Assembly: GCA_021199275.1 (NCBI GenBank)
Contig: JAJQIJ010000037.1
Location: forward strand, 14,154-78,153
Direction of reading: 5' to 3'
Origin: Clostridiales bacterium
GTDB lineage: Bacteria; Bacillota; Clostridia; Oscillospirales; Acutalibacteraceae
DNA: 64,000 nt
Shown here: positions 9,128-18,955 of the stretch, in pieces
Layout: every line of letters starts with the position of its first letter
How positions within the stretch are numbered: position 1 is the stretch's first letter
Notes under the pieces: generated by a model
Told to the model about the DNA's origin: nothing
Database searches by the model: none
Seen by the model: only the letters and a program-made list of their open reading frames with translations
Position numbers and translations under genes: made by a program

Positions 9128-9394
9128 ATGATAAAAGGAGTAAACCGCCAGGTGCTTGAAGTTACAAACACCGAAAACCCCTATTTTGAAAAAATAATAT
9201 TTTTCGTAAAACCGGAATATGCCGGCGAAGACCGGGCAAAACTAAAAAAAGAAGCGGAATCGCTTTCAAAAGTAACTCAAAAGCCGCCGAAGAGCAGGCG
9301 AACAAAAAAAGAAATAAAATACCTTGTTTTTCAAAGCTTTTTATGCATTGCCGCAGGCGTGGCGGTTACGTTTCTGATAAATTATTTTATTTAA
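9128..9394 (+). CDS. Small hypothetical protein with C-terminal TM helix, upstream of sleB
   Basis: ORF MIKGVNRQVLEV...; RBS GAAAGGA upstream; C-terminal hydrophobic segment. Confidence 0.75.
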   Translation: MIKGVNRQVLEVTNTENPYFEKIIFFVKPEYAGEDRAKLKKEAESLSKVTQKPPKSRRTKKEIKYLVFQSFLCIAAGVAVTFLINYFI

Positions 9395-9411
9395 ACCAAA
9401 GGTGTGAAATT

Positions 9412-10146
9412 ATGAAAAGGGCCGCTAAAACAACAGTGTCAAAAGCTTTTAAAAACTTTTATATTTTTCTGATTGTATTTTCAGTGCTGGCAGCTGCCGC
9501 AGCCGCGGGTTTTACCGCATATAGCCTGTTTTATAAAGAAAGCGCCGAATACGCCACGTCAAGATATGGCTCAACCGGCAGCGAGGTTGAAGAAATACAA
9601 AAAAAGCTGAAAAGCCTTGGCTATTATAACGGCAGTGTAGACGGCATATTCGGCAGCAGCACAAGGGAAGCCGTAAAAAGCTTTCAAAAAAGCGTGGGGC
9701 TCACAGCCGACGGCATTGCGGGCTATGCCACTCTTTTGTATCTTGGGCTTGACACATCGTCTGCCGCAGGCACGTCAAACAACACGCAATACAGCGATTC
9801 AGACATTGAACTGCTGGCAAAGGTTATTTCAGCCGAAGCAAGGGGCGAAAGCTATGAAGGGCAGGTTGCGGTGGGCGCCGTTATATTAAACAGAGTTGCG
9901 CACCCGTCTTTCCCGGACTCAATCAGCGGCGTGGTTTACCAGGCGGGCGCATTTTCATGCGTTTATGACAGCAATTGGTATGAAGCCGTGTCTGAAACTT
10001 CAAAAAAAGCCGCCATTGACGCCATAAACGGCTGGGACCCGACAGGCGGCGCAATATATTATTTCAACGCCGCTAAAACAGACGACGCATTTATGCATGC
10101 GCGCCCGGTAACCACAGTAATAGGAAACCACAAATTCTGCACCTGA
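9412..10146 (+). CDS. sleB: Spore cortex-lytic enzyme (PG-binding domain + Hydrolase_2)
   Basis: GYYNGSVDGIFG PG-binding domain, AEARGESYEGQVAVGAVILNRV, IGNHKFC. Start at ATG 9412 after AAAGGTGTG. Confidence 0.9.
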   Translation: MKRAAKTTVSKAFKNFYIFLIVFSVLAAAAAAGFTAYSLFYKESAEYATSRYGSTGSEVEEIQKKLKSLGYYNGSVDGIFGSSTREAVKSFQKSVGLTADGIAGYATLLYLGLDTSSAAGTSNNTQYSDSDIELLAKVISAEARGESYEGQVAVGAVILNRVAHPSFPDSISGVVYQAGAFSCVYDSNWYEAVSETSKKAAIDAINGWDPTGGAIYYFNAAKTDDAFMHARPVTTVIGNHKFCT

Positions 10147-10172
10147 ATTACCTCAGCGCCCGGCAAAGGCGC

Positions 10173-11213
10173 TTACCATTTATTATGCACCCTTTCGGCA
10201 AAGGCAGTCATATTTGTTACTTCAACAGTGCTGCCGTCATCAAGCACAGCCCTGCCGCTCATCAGCCCGAACACCTGGTGGGGCAGCATACATAAAACCT
10301 TTAAATCAAGCGGCGACTGCCTGTCTATAATCGGCTTGAAACGCATTTCAAACCTGCCGTCTGACGACGTGAAAGTCCATTCTTCTGTGTAAAGATATTC
10401 GCTGCCGTTTTTAGGAATGTTAAATTTAACTTCGTCAAGCTTATGCGCGCGCCCGTTAAAAAACAGCATGTTTTCGCTTGCCTGCGACGTGTCGCCGAAG
10501 CCGTAGCCTATATTGAAGCCGAACAAATCGCCGCCCGGCAGCACGCACTGCCCGGACCCCCAATACCACACATTGTCATATGTCCACACGCCGCGCCCCC
10601 AGTCAAGCGTGGCAAGGGCATTATTTTTTTCTGAAAATTCATATCTTTTGCCGTCAAATTCATAAAAGCCGGCAGCGCGCATGCAATTTATTTTTTGGTT
10701 GTAATAAAAATGCCTGTCTTTGTTAAACGGCGTGGCTATAACCATGCTTTCTTCTGGAAAATCAGTAAGTTCAACATCAAAAACGCAGCATTTTTTGCTG
10801 TTGCAAAAATTGTCATAGCTGCCGTGCAGGCGCCGCCTGGCGCCGTTATTTTCAAACGTCATGTCTGCCGTGCCGACTCTGGCGTGCACATTTCCTTTTT
10901 CACTTGTGGCGGGCAGGCCCAGCTTGCCCAGCGGGAAAAGGCCTATTTCGGAATCGTTGAGCTGCGACGGCTCTTTGCCGAAAGTCAAAACCGAAACTGA
11001 AAGGCAGCTGACATAGCCTGCGTCTGAAACGGTAAGGCAAAGAGCGTATTCGTCTGTGCCTATATAATAATAGTCCCATTCCTTAATTCGGCTTTTTCTT
11101 GCCTTTATGTCGCCCCTGTCATATTGCCAGTAAAGCTTTTTGGCAAAGCCCGGCTCTGCAATGTTTCCGCTTTCATTCAAAAGCCTTTGCGGCGCGGTGA
11201 TTTCATGCTGCAT
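10173..11213 (-). CDS. DUF2804-like hypothetical protein
   Basis: RIKEWDYY, YYNQKINCM, LDWGRGVW, FNIGYGFGD, HQVFG motifs; family recalled from memory. Confidence 0.7.
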   Translation of the reverse strand: MQHEITAPQRLLNESGNIAEPGFAKKLYWQYDRGDIKARKSRIKEWDYYYIGTDEYALCLTVSDAGYVSCLSVSVLTFGKEPSQLNDSEIGLFPLGKLGLPATSEKGNVHARVGTADMTFENNGARRRLHGSYDNFCNSKKCCVFDVELTDFPEESMVIATPFNKDRHFYYNQKINCMRAAGFYEFDGKRYEFSEKNNALATLDWGRGVWTYDNVWYWGSGQCVLPGGDLFGFNIGYGFGDTSQASENMLFFNGRAHKLDEVKFNIPKNGSEYLYTEEWTFTSSDGRFEMRFKPIIDRQSPLDLKVLCMLPHQVFGLMSGRAVLDDGSTVEVTNMTAFAERVHNKW

Positions 11214-11256
11214 AAATTATTCCCCTTTCATTAATTTCAAATTAATGTGCCGCGCT

Positions 11257-12864
11257 TCAGTATTTTTTCAGCTGTTCCTCGTCAAACGCGGCAAGAAATT
11301 CTTCATAAGTGCCCTTACGGTCAATTATTGTGGGGCCTGAAATTTCAATAATTCTGTTTGCAATGGTTTCAATAAACTGGTGGTCATGAGACGTAAACAA
11401 AACTGTTTCGCTGTAACGAATAAGCCCATTGTTGAGCGCCGTTATAGATTCCAGGTCAAGGTGGTTTGTCGGCTCGTCAAGCAGCAGCACATTTGCGCCG
11501 CTTAACATCATTTTGCACAGCATGCAGCGCACGCGTTCGCCGCCCGAAAGCACATTGGCGCGTTTCAATGCGTCGTCTCCGCTGAACAGCATTCTGCCAA
11601 GCCAGCTTCTTATGTCTGTTTCAAGAGTTTCGGTGGTGTATTGGCGCAGCCAGTCAATCAGGTTGTAATCAACGCCGTCAAAATAGCGCGAATTGTCGCT
11701 CGGGAAATATTCCTGCGAAGTTGTAACGCCCCATTTAAAGCTGCCGCTGTCAGGCTCTTCTTCGCCCATTAATATTTTAAACAGCGTTGTTTTTGCAACC
11801 GCGTCAGAGCCGACAAACGCAACCTTTTCACGCGGGTGTATCACAAATGAAATATTGTCAAGCACCTTTCTGCCGGCTATGGTTTTTGTAAGCGAATCTA
11901 CCCGCAGCAAATCGTTGCCGCACGCCCTGTCCGGCTTAAAGTCAACATAAGGAAAGCGGCGCGACGACACGGGCATGTCAATCATTTCAAGCGCGTCAAG
12001 CTGCTTTTTGCGGCTTGTGGCCTGTTTTGATTTTGAAGCGTTTGCGCTGAAACGCTGTATAAATTCCTGAAGCTCTTTAATTTTTTGTTCGTTTTTCTTG
12101 TTTTGGTCTCTCTGCTGGCGCTGGCGCATCTGTGTGTATTCATACCAGAAATCATAGTTGCCGGCATACATTTGTATTTTGCCGAAATCAACGTCACATA
12201 TATGTGTGCACACCTTGTTTAAAAAATGCCTGTCATGCGACACCACTATAACGGTGTTTTCAAAGTCAAGCAAAAAGTTTTCAAGCCAGCGTATGGCAGA
12301 AAGGTCAAGGTGGTTTGTCGGCTCGTCAAGCAGCAATATGTCAGGGTTGCCGAAAAGCGCCTTTGCAAGCAGCACCTTTACTTTTAAATCAGTGGCCAAG
12401 TCGGCCATTTTTATATAGTGAAATTCGTCTTTCACGCCAAGCTTGTTGAGCATGAATTCAGCGTCAGCTTCGGCATTCCAGCCGTCAAGGTCTGCAAATT
12501 CAGCTTCCAGCTCGCCCGCTTTAATGCCGTCTTCTTCGCTGAAGTCCGGCTTTGCATAAAGCGCGTCCTTTTCTTCCATAATTTCAATAAGGCGCGGGTT
12601 GCCCATAAGCACAGTGCGCACCACTTCATATTCATCATACTTAAAATGGTCTTGCTCCAGCACTGAAAGCCGTTCGCCCGGGGTCATGCTGACTTCGCCC
12701 TTTTGCGGCTCAAGCTCGCCGCTTAAAACCTTTAAAAATGTTGACTTGCCGGCGCCGTTTGCGCCTATTATGCCATAGCAGTTGCCCGGCGAAAAAACAG
12801 CGTTTACCCTTTCAAAAAGCGCCTTGCCGCCAAACTGAACCGTAACATTATTAGCCTGAATCAT
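11257..12864 (-). CDS. ABC-F family ATPase (YkpA/YbiT-like)
   Basis: Two NBDs (GANGAGKS; degenerate GSDAVAKT), LLDEPTNHLD twice, linker ASKSKQATSRKK, no TM segments. Confidence 0.9.
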   Translation of the reverse strand: MIQANNVTVQFGGKALFERVNAVFSPGNCYGIIGANGAGKSTFLKVLSGELEPQKGEVSMTPGERLSVLEQDHFKYDEYEVVRTVLMGNPRLIEIMEEKDALYAKPDFSEEDGIKAGELEAEFADLDGWNAEADAEFMLNKLGVKDEFHYIKMADLATDLKVKVLLAKALFGNPDILLLDEPTNHLDLSAIRWLENFLLDFENTVIVVSHDRHFLNKVCTHICDVDFGKIQMYAGNYDFWYEYTQMRQRQQRDQNKKNEQKIKELQEFIQRFSANASKSKQATSRKKQLDALEMIDMPVSSRRFPYVDFKPDRACGNDLLRVDSLTKTIAGRKVLDNISFVIHPREKVAFVGSDAVAKTTLFKILMGEEEPDSGSFKWGVTTSQEYFPSDNSRYFDGVDYNLIDWLRQYTTETLETDIRSWLGRMLFSGDDALKRANVLSGGERVRCMLCKMMLSGANVLLLDEPTNHLDLESITALNNGLIRYSETVLFTSHDHQFIETIANRIIEISGPTIIDRKGTYEEFLAAFDEEQLKKY

Positions 12865-13018
12865 ATAATTTCCGCAGCCTTTCAATTTTATGTCTTTTTT
12901 CTTTCATATTTTACTACACCGCAGGGCTTAATACAAGATTTAATTTATTTATAAGTTGATTTTAAAAGATTTACTATGTATAATATATAAAAACGCTGAA
13001 CAGGGGGCGTGTGGGCTT

Positions 13019-13675
13019 ATGGAAATTAAAATTTCCCCGTCTTTGCTGGCAAGTGACTTTGCAAACCTGGAAAATGAAATAAAAAAATGCGAAGCAGCCG
13101 GCGTGGAAATGATACATGTTGACGTTATGGACGGGCATTTTGTGCCCAACATTACAATCGGCGCGCCGGTTGTAAAAGCAATAAGGCGCGTAACAAAGCT
13201 GCCGCTTGACGTGCATTTGATGATTTCACACCCGCTGGACTATATTGAAGATTTCGCCCGTGCAGGCGCAGACATAATTACATTTCATTATGAAAGCAAA
13301 AGCCCCGTGCAGGAAACCATAGACAAAATAAAAAGCTGTTACTGCAAACCGTCAATTTCAATAAAGCCCGCAACGGCGGCTGAAAAAGTTCTGCCTTATA
13401 TGGATTCGCTTTCAATGGTGCTTGTAATGACTGTTGAGCCGGGCTTCGGCGGGCAGAAATTTATGGCTGACATGCTGCCGAAAATCAGGCGGCTGCGCGC
13501 TGCTTTTCAGGGCATTGACATTGAAGTTGACGGCGGAATAGACTCCGACACGGTTTCGCAGGCAGCTGCGGCCGGCGCAAATGTGTTTGTGGCAGGGTCT
13601 GCCGTGTTTGCGGGGGGCGGCGTGGCAAATGCCGTAAAAGAGCTCAAAGAAAAAGCCAAAGCGGGAATGTTTTAA
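13019..13675 (+). CDS. rpe: Ribulose-phosphate 3-epimerase
   Basis: SPSLLASDF, HVDVMDGHFVPN, DVHLMI, MTVEPGFGGQ, EVDGGI. Confidence 0.97.
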   Translation: MEIKISPSLLASDFANLENEIKKCEAAGVEMIHVDVMDGHFVPNITIGAPVVKAIRRVTKLPLDVHLMISHPLDYIEDFARAGADIITFHYESKSPVQETIDKIKSCYCKPSISIKPATAAEKVLPYMDSLSMVLVMTVEPGFGGQKFMADMLPKIRRLRAAFQGIDIEVDGGIDSDTVSQAAAAGANVFVAGSAVFAGGGVANAVKELKEKAKAGMF

Positions 13676-14730
13676 TGAAAAAAAATCGCTTTTACAGCAA
13701 TAAAAAGCGCAACCTAAAATGGACTGAAGAGGCGCAGGGCAGGCAAATAGACTTTGCAGACAAATATGCCGGCGGAATTTATTCAGACAAGTTTGACTAT
13801 CTGCGCCCCAAGCCTAAAAAAAAGAAAAAGCGCATTTCAGCTGAAACAGCGCTTAAAATTGCCAGGGGCTGCGGCGCGGTTATAATAAGCATTGCGCTTA
13901 TATTTATGGGCTACACGGTTATGGACGTTTATATGCTGCGCCACCAAATGCCGGCGCTGTCTCAGGCTGAAAGCGACAGTGCAAACATAATGGAAACCAC
14001 CATTAAGGCAAAGGGCAAATATATAGAGTCTGTTTCGCTTGACGGCGGCGAAATGCTTGATTCCACAGCGCGGCTGCTGGCAGACAGCGGCTACAGCAGC
14101 GCCGTGTTTGACATTAAAAGGCAAGACGGCACGGTTGCATACCAAAGCGGGCTGTCTAATATTGACGCCTTTTCCGCAATTTCTTTCGCAGCAGACGACT
14201 TGGCGGGCTCAGTCAGGGCGCTGACAGGCAGCAACATTCTTTCAATAGGGCTTATTTATTGCTATCTTGACAATATTGCGCCGGCAAAAGACACTGCCAT
14301 GGCAGTTTTAAATGAAGACGGCACGCTTTACACAGATTCTGCTGGGAATACATATCTCAGCCCCGACTCTGACGAGGCATACAATTATATAAAAGACATA
14401 ATTGAAGAGTGCGTTGACAACGGAATTACCGTTTTCGCTCTTGCCGGGCTTGAACTTCCTGACAGCGCTGCCGGCAGCGAATCGGGCAGCTTTGAAACGC
14501 TTTCAAAGCGCCTTTACAGCGACATCGGCAGCGGTATAAAGCTGCTGGAAGTGCAAAGCGTTTCAATAGAATATGGCGAAGACACAGATGTGTCTGAAAT
14601 TGAAGAGCAGGTAAGTGAGCTCAAAGACCTGTCAGGCGAAGACAAAATTTATTTTATAGAAAGCGAATATGCAGATATAAAAGAATTGCTTGACGAAAAT
14701 GAAATCTTGTCGTATATTATTTCAAACTGA
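13675..14730 (+). CDS. Membrane-anchored acidic protein, putative glycoside-hydrolase-like
   Basis: Basic N-terminus, one TM helix, then an acidic domain with AVFDIKRQDG and CYLDN segments reminiscent of DUF4015-type proteins. Confidence 0.5.
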   Translation: MKKNRFYSNKKRNLKWTEEAQGRQIDFADKYAGGIYSDKFDYLRPKPKKKKKRISAETALKIARGCGAVIISIALIFMGYTVMDVYMLRHQMPALSQAESDSANIMETTIKAKGKYIESVSLDGGEMLDSTARLLADSGYSSAVFDIKRQDGTVAYQSGLSNIDAFSAISFAADDLAGSVRALTGSNILSIGLIYCYLDNIAPAKDTAMAVLNEDGTLYTDSAGNTYLSPDSDEAYNYIKDIIEECVDNGITVFALAGLELPDSAAGSESGSFETLSKRLYSDIGSGIKLLEVQSVSIEYGEDTDVSEIEEQVSELKDLSGEDKIYFIESEYADIKELLDENEILSYIISN

Positions 14731-14816
14731 AAATAAGAATGCACTAAAAACCGGGCGTGGCTTTAACCCGCCGTGCCTTTTTATGCGCAGGCTTATGAAA
14801 GGCGGTTATAATTAAA

Positions 14817-15656
14817 ATGAAAAGGTTTTCAGCTGTTTTTGCGCTGCTGCTTTTAATTACGGGCTTTAACGCCCTTGCAGCCGAAGCGCCTATTTCAGAC
14901 GCCCCTTACCTTACAGCCATAACGTTTGAAAACGCCGAAATAGACGGCGGCTTTGATTCGGGCGAAACGGTGTTTGATTTAACCCTGACTGACAACACAA
15001 AAAGCCCCAGCATTAAAAGCTTTGAAATAAACGGGCAGGCAAATTTGCTTATAAATTATATATATGACATTTCAAACCACCAAACGGGAATCAGCGTGAC
15101 ATTGCAATTTGACAGCGGCAGTATTATTTACACATTTAATTACACCAACGCTGAAAGCTACAGCGCAGGCAGCAATGCAAACCTTGCAGGGCTGAGCTGC
15201 GAATATGCGGAAATTGTGCCCGAAATCAATTCAAGCGACACATCTTACAAATTATATATTCCATATGACCTGACAGAGCTTAACCTGACCCCCGTTACCG
15301 AAGACATAAACGCATATTGCGCACCGCAAAGCATAATACTGGCAGAAGGGCAGGAAACCACGCTTAAATTCACAGTCACCGCCCCGAACGGGGACACTAA
15401 AGTTTATGAATTTTCGGTAAAGCGCGTTGAAAAAACCCTGGAAGAGGTAAAGCTTGAAATGGAATCAGACGATTACACGTCTTTCGTAAAGGGCGAAATG
15501 TTTTACCAAAAGCCCGAATTTTATATAACCGTTCCCGTTGTGGCGGCTGGCGCGGCTGTAATAATAGTTCTTTTCGCCCTGACGCGGCGGCTTATGATTA
15601 ACCCATATGACAGCGAAGAGCCTGAATTTTACGCGCACAATCAAAACAAGGAATAA
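14817..15656 (+). CDS. Secreted/membrane protein with cadherin-like beta-sandwich domain
   Basis: Signal peptide, NANLAGL...LNLTP...FTVTAPNGDTKVYEFSV pattern, C-terminal TM. Confidence 0.7.
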   Translation: MKRFSAVFALLLLITGFNALAAEAPISDAPYLTAITFENAEIDGGFDSGETVFDLTLTDNTKSPSIKSFEINGQANLLINYIYDISNHQTGISVTLQFDSGSIIYTFNYTNAESYSAGSNANLAGLSCEYAEIVPEINSSDTSYKLYIPYDLTELNLTPVTEDINAYCAPQSIILAEGQETTLKFTVTAPNGDTKVYEFSVKRVEKTLEEVKLEMESDDYTSFVKGEMFYQKPEFYITVPVVAAGAAVIIVLFALTRRLMINPYDSEEPEFYAHNQNKE

Positions 15657-15681
15657 ACGCAGCAGAAAAGGAAGTGGCAGT

Positions 15682-17055
15682 ATGGAACTGAATGAAATGC
15701 TTGAACAAATCAACGAGCTTTATAATTCAAGGCATATCGCAGACGTGAAAAAGCTGTTAAACGACCTGAACCCCGCAGACATAGCGCAGCTGCTTGAAGC
15801 GGTTGACGAGGAACGAAGGCGAATATTTTTTTTCAGACTTTTAACCAAAGAAAATGCTGCCGAAACATTTGTTGAATTTGATTTTGACACACAGGAAAAG
15901 CTTATACATTCATTTTCAGACGCAGAGCTCAAAGAGGTGCTTGATGAAATATATGTTGATGACGCGGCTGATATTATTGAGGAAATGCCCGCCACTGTTG
16001 TAAAAAGAATTCTTAAAAACACAGACAGCGAAACAAGGGAAGCCATAAACAGCATATTAAAATACCCGGAAGATTCCGCGGGCTCAATAATGACGCCGGA
16101 ATTTGTTGACCTGAAAAAAGACATGACTGTGGAAGACGCGTTTAAGCGTATTCGCCGCACCGGGGTTGACAAAGAAACTATTTACACCTGTTATGTTACA
16201 GACGCTTCGCGCCACCTGATAGGCGTTACAACGGTTAAAGAGCTGCTGCTGAGCGACTATGACGACATTATTGAAGACTTTATGGAAACAAACGTAATTT
16301 CCATAAACACGCTTGACGACAGGGAAAAAGCTTCAACCGAGCTGTCAAGATATGACTTTCTGGCAATGCCGGTTGTTGACATGGAAAACCGGCTTGTGGG
16401 CATTATTACGGTTGACGACGCTATTGACGTTTTGCAGGAAGAAAACACCGAAGACATTCAAAAAATGGCGGCTATTGTGCCCACTGACACACCTTATCTG
16501 AAAACAGGCGTGTTTGAAACATGGAAAAAGCGCATTCCATGGCTGCTGCTGCTTATGGTGTCTGCAACCATAACAAGCCAAATACTTACAAGCTTTGAAT
16601 CTAAGCTGGCGGCGCTGCCGGTTTTGGTGGCGTTTATACCCATGCTTATGGACACCGGCGGAAATTCCGGCGGGCAGGCAAGCGTAACCATTATCAGGTC
16701 TCTGTCTCTCGGCGAAATAAAAATGGGCGACATTTTCAGGGTTGTCTGGAAAGAAATTCGCGTGGCTTTGGTGTGCGGCGTTTCACTTGCCGTTGTGTGC
16801 TTTGCAAAGCTTATGCTTTTTGACAAGCCTGTGCTGGGCAACAGCGAAATCACTCTTAGCGTGGCGCTTGTAATTTGCCTTACCATTGTGGCTGAAATAG
16901 TTTGTGCAAAAATTATTGGCTGCACACTGCCAATTTTCGCCAAAAGGCTGGGGTTTGACCCCGCTGTTATGGCGAGCCCGTTCATCACCACAATTGTTGA
17001 CGCTATTTCGCTGCTTGTCTATTTCGGGCTGGCGTCTTTGATTTTAAGCATTTAA
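15682..17055 (+). CDS. mgtE: Magnesium transporter MgtE
   Basis: SAGSIMT, CBS pair, KKRIPWLLLL, GGNSGGQ, DPAVMASPFITTIVD. Confidence 0.97.
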   Translation: MELNEMLEQINELYNSRHIADVKKLLNDLNPADIAQLLEAVDEERRRIFFFRLLTKENAAETFVEFDFDTQEKLIHSFSDAELKEVLDEIYVDDAADIIEEMPATVVKRILKNTDSETREAINSILKYPEDSAGSIMTPEFVDLKKDMTVEDAFKRIRRTGVDKETIYTCYVTDASRHLIGVTTVKELLLSDYDDIIEDFMETNVISINTLDDREKASTELSRYDFLAMPVVDMENRLVGIITVDDAIDVLQEENTEDIQKMAAIVPTDTPYLKTGVFETWKKRIPWLLLLMVSATITSQILTSFESKLAALPVLVAFIPMLMDTGGNSGGQASVTIIRSLSLGEIKMGDIFRVVWKEIRVALVCGVSLAVVCFAKLMLFDKPVLGNSEITLSVALVICLTIVAEIVCAKIIGCTLPIFAKRLGFDPAVMASPFITTIVDAISLLVYFGLASLILSI

Positions 17056-17133
17056 AACAGCAAAAGTGAAACCAACCGGCTTTTGCAAATATGCCCGCCC
17101 TATGTGCGGCGGGTAAAATAAAAACAGCCCGGC

Positions 17134-18492
17134 TTAACTCGCCGGGCCGTTTTTGTTTTGCTTTTTTTGCTGTTCTTTCATTTGGTTTTTCATGTCTTCA
17201 ATGCGCTGCTTTATTTCGGCAAATTTCTTTTCGCGCCCATTTTGCGTAGGCGTGTAATATTTCCTGCCCTGAAGCTTTTCGGGCAGGCACTGCAAGTCAA
17301 ACATTTTATATTCTTCATTATAATTATATTGATACCCCTTTAAATATCCCAAATCTTTCATAAGCGGCGTCACGTCGTTGCGAATTACAAGCGGCACATC
17401 TTCGTTTAACATGGTTTTTGCGTCTTCCCTGGCGCGTTTTTCGGCAAGATAAAGCGAATTGGACTTAGGCGCAAGCGAACAATAAACTGCAGCGTGCACC
17501 AAATTTACGGAGCATTCCGGCATGCCGTTGAAATGGCAAGCCTGGTAAGCGCTGACTGCAAGCAGCAGCGCGTTGCTGTCTGCCATGCCTATGTCTTCGC
17601 TGGCAAAGCGTATTATGCGCCTTGCTATATAAAGAGGCTCTTCCCCGCCCTCAAGCATTCTTATAAGCCAGTAAACCGCGGCGTCTGCGTCTGAATTCCG
17701 CATTGACTTGTGCAGGGCTGAAATCAGGTTGTAATGCTCTTCCCCGTCTTTGTCATATCTTAAAACACGCTTGCCGACGCACTGCTTTACAAGCTCTTCG
17801 CTTGGCGTTACCGCGCCGTTTTCTTCGGCTGTGTTGTTAATTATTATTTCCAGCGTGTTCAGCGCCGCTCTTGCGTCACCGTTTGCAGTAACGGCTACGG
17901 CCTCTGCCAGCTGCGGCTCAAGATTTACTTTAATATTTTCATTTTCTTTTAAATAATCTATCGCCTGAAAAATTACTTTTTTAATTTCGTCTGTGCTGAG
18001 CGCGTTTAAAACAAACACCCGGCAGCGCGAAAGTAATGCCGAATTAATTTCAAAAGACGGGTTTTCTGTGGTGGCGCCTATCAAAGTTATGCTGCCGCTT
18101 TCAACAAACGGTAAAAACGCGTCTTGCTGCGCTTTGTTGAAGCGGTGAATTTCATCAATAAAAATAATGGTGTTTTTATAATGCTGTTCGTCCGCCGCCT
18201 GCTTCATGGCTTTTTTTACGTCTGAAATGCTGCTGGAAACCGCGCTGAATCTTATGAATTCAGACGTGGTTTTTTCCGCTATTATTTCGGCAAGAGTGGT
18301 TTTGCCGACGCCGGGCGGCCCCCAGAATATCATAGACGGAATTTTGTCTGCCTCAATTATTTTAGACAATATTCTGCCTTCGCCTATTATGTGTTCCTGC
18401 CCCACAAAATGTTCAAATGAATATGGGCGCAGCTTGCTTGCAAGCGGGGTGTATATAGATTTGTCACTGTCAAAAAAAGACTGCTGTTTCAT
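17134..18492 (-). CDS. rarA: Replication-associated recombination protein A
   Basis: WGPPGVGKTT, DEIHRFNKAQQD, GATTENPSF, ISALHKSMR, ASEDIG. Confidence 0.95.
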   Translation of the reverse strand: MKQQSFFDSDKSIYTPLASKLRPYSFEHFVGQEHIIGEGRILSKIIEADKIPSMIFWGPPGVGKTTLAEIIAEKTTSEFIRFSAVSSSISDVKKAMKQAADEQHYKNTIIFIDEIHRFNKAQQDAFLPFVESGSITLIGATTENPSFEINSALLSRCRVFVLNALSTDEIKKVIFQAIDYLKENENIKVNLEPQLAEAVAVTANGDARAALNTLEIIINNTAEENGAVTPSEELVKQCVGKRVLRYDKDGEEHYNLISALHKSMRNSDADAAVYWLIRMLEGGEEPLYIARRIIRFASEDIGMADSNALLLAVSAYQACHFNGMPECSVNLVHAAVYCSLAPKSNSLYLAEKRAREDAKTMLNEDVPLVIRNDVTPLMKDLGYLKGYQYNYNEEYKMFDLQCLPEKLQGRKYYTPTQNGREKKFAEIKQRIEDMKNQMKEQQKKQNKNGPAS

Positions 18493-18590
18493 ATGCTCTC
18501 CTCAGTCTGTAAAGCGGGGGTGCTTTTTCAAATATTATACTTTATTTTTACAAAGCTGTAAAGCAATGTAAACAAATTTTAAAAATTGTA

Positions 18591-18618
18591 TTGACTTTTT
18601 TGTTTTTTATGTTAAAAT
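18591..18618 (+). promoter_or_regulatory. Promoter of tRNA-Val
   Basis: TTGACT-16nt-TAAAAT with extended -10 TG. Confidence 0.65.
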
Positions 18619-18634
18619 ATCTACATTGGTAATC

Positions 18635-18710
18635 GGGAGCATAGCTCAGCTGGGAGAGCATCTGCCTTACAAGCAGAGGGTCACAGGTTCGAGCCCTGTT
18701 GCTCCCACCA
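18635..18710 (+). tRNA. tRNA-Val (anticodon TAC)
   Basis: 76-nt cloverleaf GGGAGCA...TGCTCCC-ACCA, D arm TAGCTCAGCTGGGAGAGC, anticodon loop CTTACAA, T loop GGTTCGAGCC. Confidence 0.98.
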
Positions 18711-18804
18711 AGAAACGCCTGTTGTCAAATGACTTCGGGTGTTTTTTTATTGCCCTTTTCAAATCCGTTTTACACGCTTACCCCGAAAAGCTCTTAGCGC
18801 AGCC

Positions 18805-18840
18805 GCGCCCCGCCGGTAACCGGCGGGGCGCGTTTTGGTT
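18805..18840. terminator. GC-rich hairpin terminator between tRNA-Val and the convergent kinase gene
   Basis: GCGCCCCGCCGG-TAA-CCGGCGGGGCGC then a T-rich tail. Confidence 0.7.
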
Positions 18841-18845
18841 TTTAA

Positions 18846-18907
18846 TTAAAGCAATCGGGAGCCGAACAGGACAAGGTTTATCTTAGCAATTTTTCCCAAA
18901 TACTGCG
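18846..18907 (+). mobile_element. Solo arm of the MITE seen at 32201-32478
   Basis: AAGCAATCGGGAGCCGAACAGGACAAGGTTTATCTTAGCAATTTTTCCCAAATACTGCG closely matches the reverse complement of 32419-32478. Confidence 0.85.
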
Positions 18908-18955
18908 CGGAATACTTAAATGCAAGGGGCTTTAGCTGTTTTGTTTGCCTCCAAA

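Noticed and set aside
11257-12864. ABC-F protein as an antibiotic resistance (ARE) factor
   Set aside because: Short inter-domain linker, core-genome context and host-like composition fit a housekeeping ABC-F.
15607-15682. M-box (ykoK) riboswitch before mgtE
   Set aside because: mgtE starts 25 nt after the upstream stop, leaving no room for a leader.
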